Assembly (NCBI GenBank): GCA_951406725.2
Contig: OX597823.1
Location: 6,572,001 to 6,636,000, forward strand
Origin: Octopus vulgaris
Taxonomy: Eukaryota
Direction of reading: 5' to 3'
DNA length: 64,000 nt
Shown here: positions 1 to 59,520 of the stretch, in pieces
Numbering within the stretch: position 1 is the first letter of the stretch
Layout of the letters: each line of letters begins with the position of its first letter
Made by a program: the position numbers and the translations under genes
Notes under the pieces: model-generated
What the model was told of the DNA's origin: nothing
The model's database searches: none
What the model saw: the letters and a program-made list of their open reading frames with translations, nothing else

Positions 1-1229
1 GGTGTATCACGTGTCAGATGTCGGAATGGTCCCAGAGCAACATGGGATGAAGTGTTTTACGCAAGAATACAACGCACCACCCAGTCTAGGGACTAAAACC
101 ACGATCCAGTGAGTGAGAGGACGACAACCTAACCACTAAGCCATGTTCCATCTTCACACACGTGCGCGCGCAAACATACACATATGTATATATAAAATAT
201 ATACGCATACATTTATACCAGCCTCCCTTCTCCTACATTGTTAGGTGTTGATAATTATCTCCCATCATTTGTGATTTCGCTGGTCCTGGGCCTAAGCCCA
301 GCTCTTGATAAACATTCACGGCCGCAAATATCGCAGATCAAACTTTTTCACATTCACTCCACTTGTGCTCTCTTTTCTTACAGCATTCTTAAAATCAGCA
401 TGAAAAATTCGTGTATTTCCAAAAATACTTACTCCTTTCCTTATATATTTTCTCACTTTATGGCGATGATAATCATTGATTTCACAATTAACATCTCATA
501 TTTCACGTGCCTTCAACGAGATCTTTACACAGTTCTTATCCTTGATTATGGAAAGTGCCACCAGCATAAACGAAGAGTACAATTTAACATATAGCATCTG
601 TTTAGGGATTCTCTGATCATTAATCTGAGGAAGATGCCCAGTTCACCGTAATTGGTGATGGTATATCATCATTATTCTCTGTGCTTTTATAATTTGACAA
701 ATCCAACCTCTCTTCTCAGGGCAACATATTTTCCTTTTCATGCTTTTAAAATATGAAAATTTCCTTGACAGTCATTGACCAGAACAAGATGAAGATCTCA
801 GTCAGTAAAGGAATTTGTCTGGGGGTCATCAAATTTTGAAGTTACTCTTTTTTAGTTTTATAAAGTCACTAAAAGTATAACGTTTTCTCACTTTATAGAA
901 AACTCGCACTTTTATAAATCGGTTTATTGGCTGTACATTAAATGTTAAATTAAATTTGCTCCAGCTGGTCTATATAAACAGTAACCTACTGCTTTGAACA
1001 ACTTTACTATTTTGCTGTGTATTATTTACTCACATATAATGTGTGAATATTTCAACCCCAGCTATTCAAGCAAAAATCAGAAGCATATATTCTCAATTTA
1101 TTTAGAACTAGCATTAAAGACCAGTCGTTGCCGGGTCATAGTGCTAGTGCATGTATATATGTACATATATATATATGTGTACATAATACATGTACATCTA
1201 TATATATACATCTACACATAAAATACAAA

Positions 1230-1860
1230 ATGCAAAATTATATCTTGATATCGCTAGTGATAACAATACTCAAAATATATAACAGACTGGAATTGTTAGC
1301 CCGTCTCTTGCAATTTCGATCAATTGTATCTTGTCCTCCCTCTTGTATAGAAGTGTGGCTACAATCCAGCCTACCTCTACTTCTGGGGGAGGGGGCATTT
1401 AAAATTTTTTTCCGGGACGTCCATTCGTCCCAGATATAAAGGTAAAAGTAAAATATTTCCACTTTGCAAGTTCGCCCAGAGTACTCCCTTGCACGCTCCG
1501 TTGACTCGAACCTTGCTTCTATTGTGGCGAATGTACCGCCTCTGATTAAATATCTTTCATAGTCGCACCAAGACACTTTTCGAAGGTGCTTTCCTCCATG
1601 TGTTCAAATCTTTTTTCTCTACATTGTATACTTTATAGACAACAAGCGACACATCATTCTTCGTTGCGGTGACCCTCGCGTAAGTCTCCATGACTGAGGG
1701 TCAACGCTCCTTCTACAAAAAGTAACGACACACAGCGACAAGCGACAAGCGCGATTCGATCCTGTTTCGTCTTTATCTACAATTTTTCACTTTTTTTCAC
1801 TCTTTCACACAAAAATAACGTCTGACTCTGACAGCATAATATCAGGTACTCAGTAGAAGC
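1230..1860 (-). mobile_element. 5' end / ORF1 relic of an L1/Tx1-like non-LTR retrotransposon
   Basis: ATG at 1691 gives METYARVTATKNDVSLVVYKVYN, then frameshifted YLIRGGTFATIEARFESTERA; resembles a LINE ORF1 N-terminus; family call from memory. Confidence 0.45.
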
Positions 1861-2666
1861 ATCTTTCGAGAAAACAGACATTACATACAGTCAAACTTCA
1901 TATAGATACTTAATGCTAGCTAATTAGCAAAAAATCTAATGTAAAAGCCGTGTACACCTCCATCTGGACTATTCCATTTCTGCACTTAAATTTTATTTTT
2001 TATTTATTCCCATTCATGTGAAACCACTGATTCAAGTTCAAGTCAAAGATGCAATTTTATACCAATTGCTATTTTTACTTTTTTTATGTTACGATTATAT
2101 TATACTTCACTAAATATACATACATGCATATATACGGTATATGTATACATACAAACCTTTGCTTTAATAGAAGACACTTTTCCAAGGATAGAGGCAGTGT
2201 GATTGAACCCACGTTCACATGGCTGGAAAATAAGATTCTTAACCACGCAGCCACGCTAGCGCCTGTTTTGTATATTCAATATTAAATCTTAAAATTTTAA
2301 ACTTTTTAAGATGTATAAAGAATAGGATTATCATAGTCGTAAATCGGGATTATCATAGCTGCAATATTGTATTATCATTTCTCTTACGACGAAACGTAAA
2401 TACAACATTTGAAGGGCAATAACTTCCCTTTCCGGTGTTAATTAAATTCCTTCGTTGAGACTGAAAGAGAGAGAAAGACAGAGAGTGGGAGTGAGAGACC
2501 AAGAGAGAGGGAGGAGAAAAAGAGAGTTTGAGAGAAAGAGAGAGAGGGTGAGACGGATAGGGACAGAGAGAGAAAAAGCTAGACAGGCAGGAAGAGTGAG
2601 AGGAGGAGAGACAGGGGTGAGAGGCAGATACATAGACAGACTGAGACAGATACAGTGAGAGAGAGT

Positions 2667-2698
<32 letters not shown>

Positions 2699-3454
2699 CA
2701 GAGACAGGGAGAAAAGAGAGAGAGATTAGCATGTTTGTATTTTCATCTTATAGGAATAGCGAGTCAAGGGCAGGTATTAGGTCTTCCGTCGTTGTCGACG
2801 ATGACCAAATACATAAGAAGAGTGAAGAAGATGGGTAAAGGTGTGTCCGGTTGTTGCCGTCCTGTCCGATGCATTCTCCGCCCCACAGGTCGGGCAATGG
2901 TTGTCTGCTGGGTCTGAAGGCAAGAAGCCGACTCTGGACCGGCATTATTCAAGCTTCCTTTGCCCTTGAAAATTATGTTCTAGGGTGCAAGGTGTATCTG
3001 GGTCAAGTAGTACCTCTGTCAGGGGAATATGTAGTACTCCTTGGAGTAGTCCGTCCGCTTTGGTCCTCCCGTGACACCCACCTCTCACCTGTGGTTCATC
3101 AATGCTAGCTGCATGCAACAGTACCCGCACCCAGGCTCGCGGCTTCCACAGGCTGGCTAAACCATGGTAAGGGTAGCACACGGCCTTTAACCATTGGTGG
3201 ACTAGGGCTTGTCTATCTAAGGATGTGAACCGGTTGAGTGTGCTGAGGAAACCACTAGACAGGCTCAACGGACCCGCAAACAGTGTAGAGGGTGAACTGC
3301 AACCTGTCTGTAGTTTTCTTGACTTCATCTTTCCACTGGAATCACAGAGGAAGGGACGAGAGAGTGAGCCAGATGCTATTGTGCAACCTTCACTTACTTT
3401 AATCCATGGTTCACTCAGTTGAAGATATCACACCATCCCAGGGTCAAGTAAAAT

Positions 3455-3702
3455 ATTGGGTTGGTGCATAATTATTGAGGCTATTTTTCAACGAATATTA
3501 TTCAACAAAAATAATCAAAATATTTATCAAAAACATATTTACATAACGGTCTGACCGTCTGTCAAGCGAACGGGAAGCAGTTATTGAAGTAGATGGTGAA
3601 TATACTCCGGAATAATCATTTAAAGATGTTTTTGTTACATGTTATTGTTTTTGTTGAATAAAATTTGTTGAAAAAAGCCGCAATAATTATGCACCAACCC
3701 AA
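3455..3702 (+). mobile_element. Non-autonomous mariner (Tc1/mariner) deletion derivative
   Basis: TIRs TTGGGTTGGTGCATAATTATTG / CAATAATTATGCACCAACCCAA with TA on both sides; internal AVIEVDGEYTPE* resembles a mariner transposase C-terminus. Confidence 0.88.
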
Positions 3703-4544
3703 TATATGGACACGCAAACACACACACACACATACACACACACATAGGTCGGCCGACAATGGCAGAGAGACGGATGGAACAACGGTTCGCCTATGGATGA
3801 GAGAAACGGATGTGAGGACATCTGGATGGAACACCGCTTGACAGAGCATCGCGCGGTGTGTGGAGGGAGAGAAAGGGACGGAGCGACGGCGAGTGATGCC
3901 TATTATTAAAAAGAGTGAGAGTAATATAAAATAGTGTTTATAATACATTATCGATAAATATCGAACATTGATCAATGGAATTAGTACAGAGTGCGACTCC
4001 ACGTCGCTGATTCGTTTTTTATTTCGCTTTTTCACATTTCCAATTCTTATCTTTTCCTTTCACTCTGCCTGCAATCGTCATATAGCTTGCATGGTCGCTG
4101 GAGTGAAGGCAAGTGGCTTAGAGGTTAGGGGTATTCGGCTTAGATTTGGGGTGATATATTAATATATGCTGAGGTGGGAGAGAGAGGATTTTCTAAGTAC
4201 CCTTTATTTTTATATGAGTGACAACACAAAACTTTGATATACTTGGCTGTTATTTCTAGCATCACGTAGGACCACCAATTGGATAATATTCATCCGGATG
4301 CTTCTTAAAGTCTTCTATCTTTCATGAAAAACAATGCAGAATATAGTGTACTGAACTGTTACTTCTTGCATATTACCCGACCATCTGTAGGACAATATAT
4401 TTGAGAGACGCTTCGTCAAGTGTCCTGCTTTTAAAAAAGAAAACTTTATGAATTTCAAGGTGTTTGGTTGCTGTTTCACGAATGATGCGAGACAATAGAG
4501 AGGTGAGATTCTTTGATAAAAGTCGGAATGGTTTTGGGAGGGAA

Positions 4545-6420
4545 ACAATGAGATTAAGTGAAAGAAAGAGAGTGAGAGAGAGAGAGAGAAAGGAAGAAAG
4601 AAAAGAGAAAAAAGAAGGAATGAAGGAAAAGAGCAAGGAAGGAATAAATTAACGTGATTCTGTAATAATGCATGAAATGAGAGCGAAAGAAAGAAAGAAA
4701 GAAAGAAAGAAACAAGGGAAAAAAAGAAAGAAAGAAAAAAGAAAGAAAAAGAAAGAAAGAAGAAAGAAAGAAAGGTATCAGGAAAGGAAAAGGAAAGAAG
4801 GAAAGATAGAAAGAAAAGAAAGAAAGAAAATAGAAAGGGAAAAGAAGGAAAGATAGAAAGGATGAAAGAAGGAAAGATGGATAAAAAGAAGGAAGAAAAG
4901 AGAGAAAGATAAGAGCAGGGGGAGAGAAAGAGAGAGAGAAAAAGGAAGGAAAGAAAGAGGAAAGAAGCAAAGGAGAAGGAAAGATAAGAGCGAAGAAAGA
5001 AAAAAGAATGAAGGGTAAGAAGAAGGAAATGAAAAACCGAAGAAAAACAAAGAAATTAGGAAAATGAAAGAAGGAAGGAAAGAAAGAATGAGAGAAATTA
5101 AATAAGAAAGAAAGGAAGACAAAAAGGAAAGAAAGACTGAAAGAAAGAAAAAAAGAAAAAGAAAGAAAGAAAGAAGGAAAGAAAGAGGGAAATGAATGAA
5201 GAAAGAAAGACAGAAAGGAAAGAAGGAAAGAAAGAAAAAGAAAGAAAGAAATGAAAGAAAGAAGGAAAAAAGAAAGAAAAGAAGGAAAGAAAGAAAGAAA
5301 GAAAGAAACGAAAGAAAGAAAGTAAAGGGAAACAAAAAGAAAGAAAGAGAGGAAGAATGAAAGATTGAAAGAAAGAAAAAAGAAAGAAACAAAGGAAAGA
5401 AAGAAAGAAAGAAAGAAAGGAAAGAAAGAAAGGAAAGAAAGAAAGAAAGACAGAAAGAAAAAAGAAAGAAAGAAAAAACAGAATGAAGGAAGAAAGAAGG
5501 AAAGAAAGGAAGGAAGAAAGAAAGAAAGAAAGAAAGAAGGAAGGAAAGAAAGAAAGAATGAGAGAAATTAATGAAAAAAGAAAGACAGAAAGGAAAGAAA
5601 GAAAGTAAAGGGACACAAAAAGAAAGAAAAATTGAGTGAGATAGAGAGGAAGGCGACGTAATTCTGTAAAAACGATGAAGAGAAAGAGGGAGAGGGAGAG
5701 AGAGGGGGAGGAAGGAGGAGGGATTTGAGAAATAAATGTTAAGAAGAGAGGAGGAGTATGAGATGAGAGACAAAGAGTAAAGAGGCGGAGCATTAATATA
5801 TAATAAGGTAATAGAGAGAGGGAGAGGGAAAGAGGGAGAAAGAGAGACAGGCAAACAGAGACACAGAGACAGAGAGAGACATAAGAAGCGAGAGGGCGAA
5901 AGAGAGAGACTGAAATAGAGAAATCAAGAGAGAAAGACAGACATAGAGAAAGAGAGGGAGATGGAAAGGGAGGAGCAAGGGAGGGAAAGAATGAGGTAAG
6001 AGAATGAGAGAATATTATATAAGGAGGTGGAGGGAGAGAGAGAATGATACATAGGTTTAGAAAGAGAGGGAGAGTGTGAGGTGGGGCGGAGCGCAAAAGA
6101 GGTAGAGGGATAGTATGAGATATGAGGTGGTAAAGAGGGAGGGAGAGAGGCAAAAAGTGAGGGAGGGGGAAGGAAACAGAGATGATGTATGAGATATATG
6201 CTTTGTGAGGGAGGGAGAGTAAGAGTTGAGAGAAAATGAGGGATGAGGGAGGCGGGGTTAAACAATAACATAAATAAATGACAGGGGGAGAGGGAGAGGA
6301 GTAGAGAAGGAGAGGGGATGATGTGTGTGATAAGAGAGGGAGTCTATCATGTATTAGAGAAAGGAAGAGGGGAAGGATGAGGTATTAATACAGAATGAGG
6401 AAGGAGAGAGAAGAGTTTTG
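4545..6420 (+). repeat. Polypurine (GAAA/GA)n low-complexity tract
   Basis: Nearly pure A/G; source of spurious F/S/L-rich ORFs; a similar tract lies at ~7490-8230. Confidence 0.95.
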
Positions 6421-6559
6421 AAGTGTCCTTCATTTTCATATGAAACACAAAACCAAACTTTAACATACTTGGCTGTTATTTCTAGCATCACATTTGATCC
6501 CCAACTGGACCATATTTCTCCAGATGCTTCTTAAAGTGTCCTTCATGATTACAATATAA

Positions 6560-7330
6560 AGTATAGCGTAATGGGCTGATATTTCTAGCAAGATAACAGA
6601 CCACCAATACGTTTGATAGACGCTTCTTCACTTGGTTTCTCATTCGAGGAAGAAGTCTGACCAGATCCGGGAAAAAGTTTTATAAATGCTTCTTAAATTG
6701 TCTTTCAATTTCGTATGAGAAACAAAGCAAATTTGAGTGTAGTGGGCTGTTATTACAAGCATGACGCCAGACCACCAATACGTTTTATAGACGCTTCTTC
6801 ACTTGATTTCTCATTCGAGGAAGAAGTCTGACCAGATCCGGGAAAAAGTTTTATAAATGCTTCTTAAATTGTCTTTCAATTTCGTATGAAAAACAAAGCA
6901 ACTTTGAGTGTAGTGGGCTGTTATTACAAGCATGACGCCAGACCACCAATACGTTTTATAGACGCTTCTTCACTTGGTTTCTCATTCGAGGAAGAAGTCT
7001 GACCAGATCCGGGAAAAAGTTTTATAAATGCTTCTTAAATTGTCTTTCAATTTCGTATGAGAAACAAAGCAACTTTGAGTGTAGTGGGCTGTTATTTCTA
7101 GCATGATGTCAAACCACCAATACGTTTGATAGACTTTTCTTCACTTGGTTTCTCATTCGAGGAAGAAGTCTGACCAGATCCGGAAAAAAGTTTTATAAAT
7201 GCTTCTTAAATTGTCTTTCAATTTCGTATGAGAAACAAAGCAACTTTGGGTGTAGTGGGCTGTTATTTCTAGCATAATGTCAAACCACGTGTAGGACGAT
7301 TCTTTGAATAAATGCTTCTTAAATTGTCCG
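6560..7330. repeat. 171-bp tandem repeat, ~4.5 copies
   Basis: gacgcttcttcacttgg-type anchor at 6619, 6790, 6961 and 7132 (period 171). Confidence 0.95.
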
Positions 7331-9399
7331 TCAATGTCTCGGATATTTAATTTCCTCAATTAAGAACTAAACAGTAATTATGTAATTAATCGTTAGTTAA
7401 ATAATTAGCTTCTGGTAAAATAATTAGCGAGAGAGAAATTTGAAGGTAAATCTGAAAATATAATTTAATTGTAAGAAAGTAACGTTTCTTAGGAATAAAA
7501 GGAGAGGAAGAGGGAGAGGGTAAGATATAAGGAGGTGGGGGAGATAGAGAGAGAAAGAAAGGAAGAAAGAGTGAGAGAGAGAAACCCTAGGGAAGGGGAG
7601 GGATATATTAATGTATGAGGAAGCAGAGAAAGAATGAGAGTGGGAGAGAGAAGGGGAGAGAGAAAGAAAGGAAAAAGAGAGATAGGGAAATTTAGGGGAG
7701 GGGTAGGGATACAGTAATGTATGGGGTGCTGAGAGGGAAAGAAAAAGGAGAGAAAACCAAAGGAAGGGGAGGGATATATTAATATATGAGGTAGCAGAGA
7801 GAGTGTGTGAGTGAGTGCGTGAGAGAGAGAGATAGAGAGAGGGGGAACTGATATATATACGTTTAGGATGTGAGGGAGAGGATGAGGTGAAAGATATAGT
7901 AAGCCAGGCGGGGTGGTTAAAAATGAATATATAATTAGGTGCTGAGAGAAAGGAGAGAAAGAGGGAGTAGTGGGAGGATATTTTTTGAGGACGGGAGAAA
8001 ATGCTATTTGTGTTTAATAAGAAAGAGAGAAGGGGAGTTAAGACAGAAAGCAAGGGAGGGGGGAAGCATTGGGTAATTTATGATGAGGTGAGAGAGGGAG
8101 GAGAAGAGGAAGAGAGAGAGAGAGACATAGAAAGAGGGAGAGAGCGCGAGAGAATAATAAATATATTTACCAATAGAGGAAGAGTATGAGTTAATAAAGG
8201 AAGCAAAAATGGGCGGAGACACGTATACGATGTAGTGGGAGGAGTCAACTTTGAATCGGTAAGAATAATAACTCTTAGTATATCCCTTTTACTTTAAATT
8301 CTATTTTCTTTTATGCGTAATATGATTTAGTGCAAATAATAGATCGAAGTGTTTATAATATATTATCAATAAATATCGAACACTTCTCTTCATCACTAAT
8401 TCGTTTTTCGTTTGACATCTAAAAATTTCGCTTTTTTAATATTACAATTCTTATCCCTTAGCTTCACTCCTCCTGCAATCGTCACACAGCCTCAATTGTG
8501 GTTGCACCTGCTAGAAACAACAGCCAAATCTCACATGATAAAGTATGAAACGTTTTTATCATTTGTTTTCTTAATTTCTTGAAAATAAATTAATTTTCTA
8601 TTTTCTGATTGGCATTTGGTCAGAAAACTCCGAAGATAAGCCTGAGCAATACAAAGAGGAGAGAGCAAGAATATGCAAGGCTAGTACAGTTTAGTGCAGC
8701 CGTGCACCGGTTGTCGTCCTATTTTAAGCTGCAAAAATGTGAGAGTCAAATACGAGAGGAAACGGATCAGACCGGAAGGGATGTGAATGGAACAGGAAAC
8801 AAGTGAATGCCATGGAATAGAAAAAAAGGTGAACTAAATCCTAAAATTTGCGAATATATTTAGGTAATAGGGAAAAAAAGTATGTTTAATTTAAAATGTA
8901 ATTTCCATTTTTAAAAGAAAGAAAATTTTGGAATACCTGTTCCTTATAGTTGAACGTCCGCGTGTACTTATGGAGAGAAGAGGTCGGTTTGTTCCTGCTG
9001 TGGGCGAGAATTTGTTTATTTTAATTTGGCTGACATCCATCTCGATAATGTGTTTCTTTAAGTAGCCTAGGGTTGAAAGCACGAATCCCAATAAAACCGC
9101 TGACAAAATGAAATCGATTTTCTGGCCCAACTGAAATATGCATGCCAGGTGATCGTCCTGTTTTCTGGAAGAATTATGTTGCTGAAGAAAATATGCACCA
9201 GAACAATGAAGAAATCGTCTCTAAACGGAAAGTGAACATTTTTCTTATAAATATCCAAAGGAATCTTGAAGTTGACAGCTTCGATATCTACAGCCACAAT
9301 GGTCTTCCTTGACCAGATACAAGAACTGTTGAAGTAGCTAATATTCCAATTGGGCTTAGAGAAGAAACCATTTTTAAGGCAAAAAAAAAAAAGTATTAA

Positions 9400-10725
9400 T
9401 AAACTTCTGCCAACTTTAGACATTGAACAACGACTAGATTTTGATAAAGCTATCAGGTCCATAAATAGTAAAAGAAGGAAGAATTCTGTCCTTAAATGCA
9501 AATGGTGGCACAGGGAAAACCTATGTGATCAACATCATACTTGATAGTTGCTACTGCCACGTCTGCTATTGCAACCACTTTGCTTCTGAAAGGGAGAGTT
9601 CTTCATTCTATGTCCAGGGTTATTCTCAGTGAGACTACAAAATCAACATTAAGACTCACAAAGAGAGATGCCACAAGAGATATTGTGCCTCAATCTGGTC
9701 TCTTAGTTATCGATGGGACAAGGATGGGGCCTAAGCATCTCTGTGAGTGCCTTGAAACGGGATTGCATGATGTGTGAGACTGTAACAAACCTGTTTATGA
9801 ATTTACTATATTACTGTCTGGTGATAGAAAACAAATTCTTGCAGTTATGTCATCTTGGGAGATTATAATTTGTTGATGCAGATCTTTTCTTGATGATTGA
9901 GTAGAAATAGTGAAGATAGGAACCAATCTTAGACTTCTTACAAAAGGTCATTCTGATGAAAAAGAGTCTGTTAATCACCATTTCGATGTTGGAAATGGTG
10001 ATATTTCTGTCGAACAAAGTCTAGGTGCATCCAAAATCAACCTGCTTTACAACTTTGGCCTGTCAAGTTTATGTGATGTTGTCTTGCAAATAATTTCACA
10101 GACCCCATGTGGCTTGCAAACAGACCCATTATTACTCCAACAAATGAAATATCACAATTTGTAAATGAATTCATGTTGACCAGGATCCCTGGTGAGGTAA
10201 AGATATGCAGAAGTTCAGATACAGTTGATAATGAAGCTCTGTACCTAATCAAATTCATCAACAAGCTCATAAAATCAGAGTTTCCATGGACATATCCTCA
10301 CACTAAAGACAAGAGGCTGCATTGGGTTATTGAAGAATTTAGATGTTAAACAAGACCATTGCAATGACACAGGCTACGTTATTATCTGCTTGCACAATCT
10401 TATTATTGTGACTGAGGTTGCTTGTGGTCCTTCTGCAGGATCAATCTCAGGGATTCCAAATGGGTCTCAAGGAATGGAGTTCCCATTCATAGTTACCATA
10501 CAAACAATTTCCTGTGGAACCACTCTTTGCCTTCACATGCAACAAAGCACAGGGACAGACATTTAAACAAATTGGAATTTATCTTCCAACACAATTATTC
10601 TCACGTGACCAGCTGTAAGTTTCACTTTCTAGAGTTTGGATGAAGCCTAATGTAAAACTATTGGCAGAGAGAAATAGAAACTGTATATTTACTAACAATC
10701 GTGTCTACAAGGAGGTTCTATTTGA
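9400..10725 (+). mobile_element. Degenerate Helitron Rep/Hel PIF1-family helicase relic
   Basis: Broken frames with Walker A NANGGTGKTY, ATSAIATTLLLKGRVLHS, LLVID, ILLSGD, WLANRPIITPTN, QFPV...FTCNKAQGQT and terminal NRVYKEVL. Confidence 0.85.
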
Positions 10726-10887
10726 CAGGAAAATATGCATTTTAAGTAAGTTTCACAAAATGGAATTACACTTTTCTTTTTTGGGAAAATTTCACAGGAT
10801 ATTTAAACTGTTTATATAACAATGGAAGTATTTAGGGAGATGCCGGGACTTACAATAACAACACCAACAACAAATGAAATTTCAATC

Positions 10888-10893
10888 TTTATT
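10888..10893 (-). promoter_or_regulatory. Candidate polyadenylation signal AATAAA
   Basis: First AATAAA I see on the minus strand after the stop, ~235 nt downstream. Confidence 0.5.
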
Positions 10894-11127
10894 TCCAAAG
10901 TTAATCTCCAACAAAAAGGGAGCTAAACAAATAAAGAGGTCTCCATGTGGTAAATAGATCTGCTAGAATTAGTAGCCGAATCCTACTCCATTCATCACTT
11001 ATCATCTTAAAGAATGACACATTAGACAAGGAAAACATGATGGTCCTGGATGGAAGGCATTTAATCATATGCCTGTGTGTGGTGAAGGTAGACTTGGGGT
11101 TAAACAACAGCAATATTTACAAGAAAT

Positions 11128-47535
<36,408 letters not shown>

Positions 47536-48103
47536 GTCTTCTGAATAAAAGATGACAAAAAAGAGTAAAACAGTTTTTAAAAACTTATAAAATGAGGTAA
47601 ACAACAATAAACAGAAGTTGATGGTTCTAAAATATTGCATAAGATAACATTGATATTGTAAATTCAGTTATCTAAAGTATTATTCATAGCTGAATGTTCT
47701 TCTTGACACTAATAAACCTAACAACAGTCATTGTGTTGTGTCTCTAGGTTAGATTACAGATAGACTGGTTACTATTAAACCCTCAATATTGGAATGTACA
47801 GTCAGTTGATCAGCTACGTAGAGGCAGCGTACATGTTGAGCTATAAATCTGTGGATCATACCCCAGCTACGGTGGAGGGCACTTTATATCAAAGACAAAC
47901 TGATTCTTCAAAGAAAGGTAAATTTACGAAAAATAGTAAAAGAATCAATGAAACTGAGCTTGTTCAATAAAACCTCCTGTATTGATCTTTGTCGAAACAC
48001 TAGCAAAGTAGATGAGATCAAATCAGACACTATTAACAAGTGTTTATTTAATAGATTTTTGAAAATATCTTTATGACTATTTCATAATTATTTAATAAAT
48101 TTC

Positions 48104-48168
<65 letters not shown>

Positions 48169-48500
48169 ATTGCCATCATCATTTAACGTCCACTTTTCTT
48201 CCATTCATGAGTAAGATTGATGACAGGAGCCGTCCAGGCAGAAAAAACTACCCTGGGCTATTGTCTATTTAGGAAAGGGATTGTACAGCTGGATGCTCTT
48301 CCAAACATCAACCACCAGTTTTGTCCCACTGTATGACACCTTGGGCAAGTACCTTCTTCTAAATCCCATGATTGATCAAGGCTTCTGAGTGGATTAGAGA
48401 TAATCTGAGAGAAGCCCATTGTACACCACTGGACAAAATCTGAGGACCAGTGAAAAAACTGCCAAAATGAAGTGTCTGTGTGTTTGTGTGAGTGTACGTA

Positions 48501-48544
<44 letters not shown>

Positions 48545-48719
48545 CCTGCTTGAGTGTGTGTATGTATGTTTCCATTTGCTGTTACTGAAAATTGCTCAGC
48601 TATGAACGATTAGATTATCATTTTCCCTGTTAATAGACAAACCATTGGAATAAGTGATCCCTTGAACAACAGGTAAGGGTTAATAACATGAAGGGGATCC
48701 ATATGCAAAAAGAATATGT

Positions 48720-57858
<9,139 letters not shown>

Positions 57859-57903
57859 CAGGAAGTAGTAGGCACGACCTCCTCATGTATATGTGTGTCT
57901 CTA

Positions 57904-57942
<39 letters not shown>

Positions 57943-57946
<4 letters not shown>

Positions 57947-59428
57947 CATTATATATAAGGGCTTAGTAAAATAAATTACTTTGCCACATACTGAACTCAT
58001 TAGAAATAGCAGCTAAAGAAATTTCTATAGCCATTTCTAATACTTAAAGAAGATCTCTCTCAGATAGTGTTTGCTCAAACCAACTCACGAAGGTATGGGG
58101 GTAAAAACATTAAAAAATCACAAATGCAAAGGTTATTTGAGAAGGTACGTTTCTAGATTAGTCAAATCGACATTTCTTTCGTCAGCTCAGAACTCCTTGA
58201 TTCGGATTTGGGAACACTGAAAGTGGGAGCATACCCTTTTGGCTTCTTATCACCTCCTGAGATCCGCTCGAATTAACAGTGCTGACAAATTCAAAATATG
58301 CAAGCGAAGAATTTCTGCTCTCCCCTTTCCACCAGCGTGGGTTAAAATTGGCAAACACTATTTTTTTATCGGTGAAAACCGAAGCATTAAACAGAGAGAA
58401 ATGAATTATAATTTCAACAATTGAGGGTAAAATTAATTATTAATCAATTTCACCAAGTATTCAGTATGTAAAGGGACCATTTAAGGCGAATTCAAAATAT
58501 TACATTATATATAAGGGCTTAGTAAAATAAATTACTTTGCCACATACTGAACTCATTAGAAATAGCAGCTAAAGAAATTTCTATAGCCATTTCTAATACT
58601 TAAAGAAGATCTCTCTCAGATAGTGTTTGCTCAAACCAACTCACGAAGGTATGGGGGTAAAAACATTAAAAGATCTTCTTTAAGTATTAGAAATGGCTAT
58701 AGAAATTTCTTTAGCTGCTATTTCTAATGAGTTCAGTATGTGGCAAAGTAATTTATTTTACTAAGCCCTTATATATAATGTAATATTTTGAATTCGCCTT
58801 AAATGGTCCCTTTACATACTGAATACTTGGTGAAATTGATTAATAATTAATTTTACCCTCAATTGTTGAAATTATAATTCATTTCTCTCTGTTTAATGCT
58901 TCGGTTTTCACCGATAAAAAAATAGTGTTTGCCAATTTTAACCCACGCTGGTGGAAAGGGGAGAGCAGAAATTCTTCGCTTGCATATTTTGAATTTGTCA
59001 GCACTGTTAATTCGAGCGGATCTCAGGAGGTGATAAGAAGCCAAAAGGGTATGCTCCCACTTTCAGTGTTCCCAAATCCGAATCAAGGAGTTCTGAGCTG
59101 ACGAAAGAAATGTCGATTTGACTAATCTAGAAACGTACCTTCTCAAATAACCTTTGCATTTGTGATTTTTTAATGTTTTTACCCCCATACCTTCGTGAGT
59201 TGGTTTGAGCAAACACTATCTGAGAGAGATCTTCTTTAAGTATTAGAAATGGCTATAGAAATTTCTTTAGCTGCTATTTCTAATGAGTTCAGTATGTGGC
59301 AAAGTAATTTATTTTACTAAGCCCTTATATATAATGTAATATTTTGAATTCGCCTTAAATGGTCCCTTTACATACTGAATACTTGGTGAAATTGATTAAT
59401 AATTAATTTTACCCTCAATTGTTGAAAT
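57943..59428. repeat. Large palindrome (~670-bp arms, ~58-bp spacer) built from a 556-bp tandem unit, flanked by (TA)n
   Basis: Identical 61-aa ORFs on opposite strands (58239-58424 +, 58859-59044 -); direct repeat period 556 (57945 vs 58501). Confidence 0.93.
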
Positions 59429-59520
59429 ATATATATATATATATATAAATATATATACATATATATAATATATATATCTATATACATATATATATAATAA
59501 TATATCTATATATATATATC

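Noticed and set aside
2735-3440. GC-richer segment with short ORFs on both strands
   Set aside because: Probably a decayed retroelement, but I found no motif to assign it
4554-6271. Long F/S/L-rich minus-strand ORFs (up to 358 aa)
   Set aside because: Translations of a GA/CT low-complexity tract that lacks stops by composition
6560-7330. CRISPR array or alpha-satellite interpretation of the 171-bp repeat
   Set aside because: Whole units repeat with no unique spacers; eukaryotic context; no alphoid similarity visible, so the length match is coincidental
58239-59044. Twin 61-aa ORFs as duplicated genes
   Set aside because: Mirror images within the palindrome; TTG start; no recognisable domain
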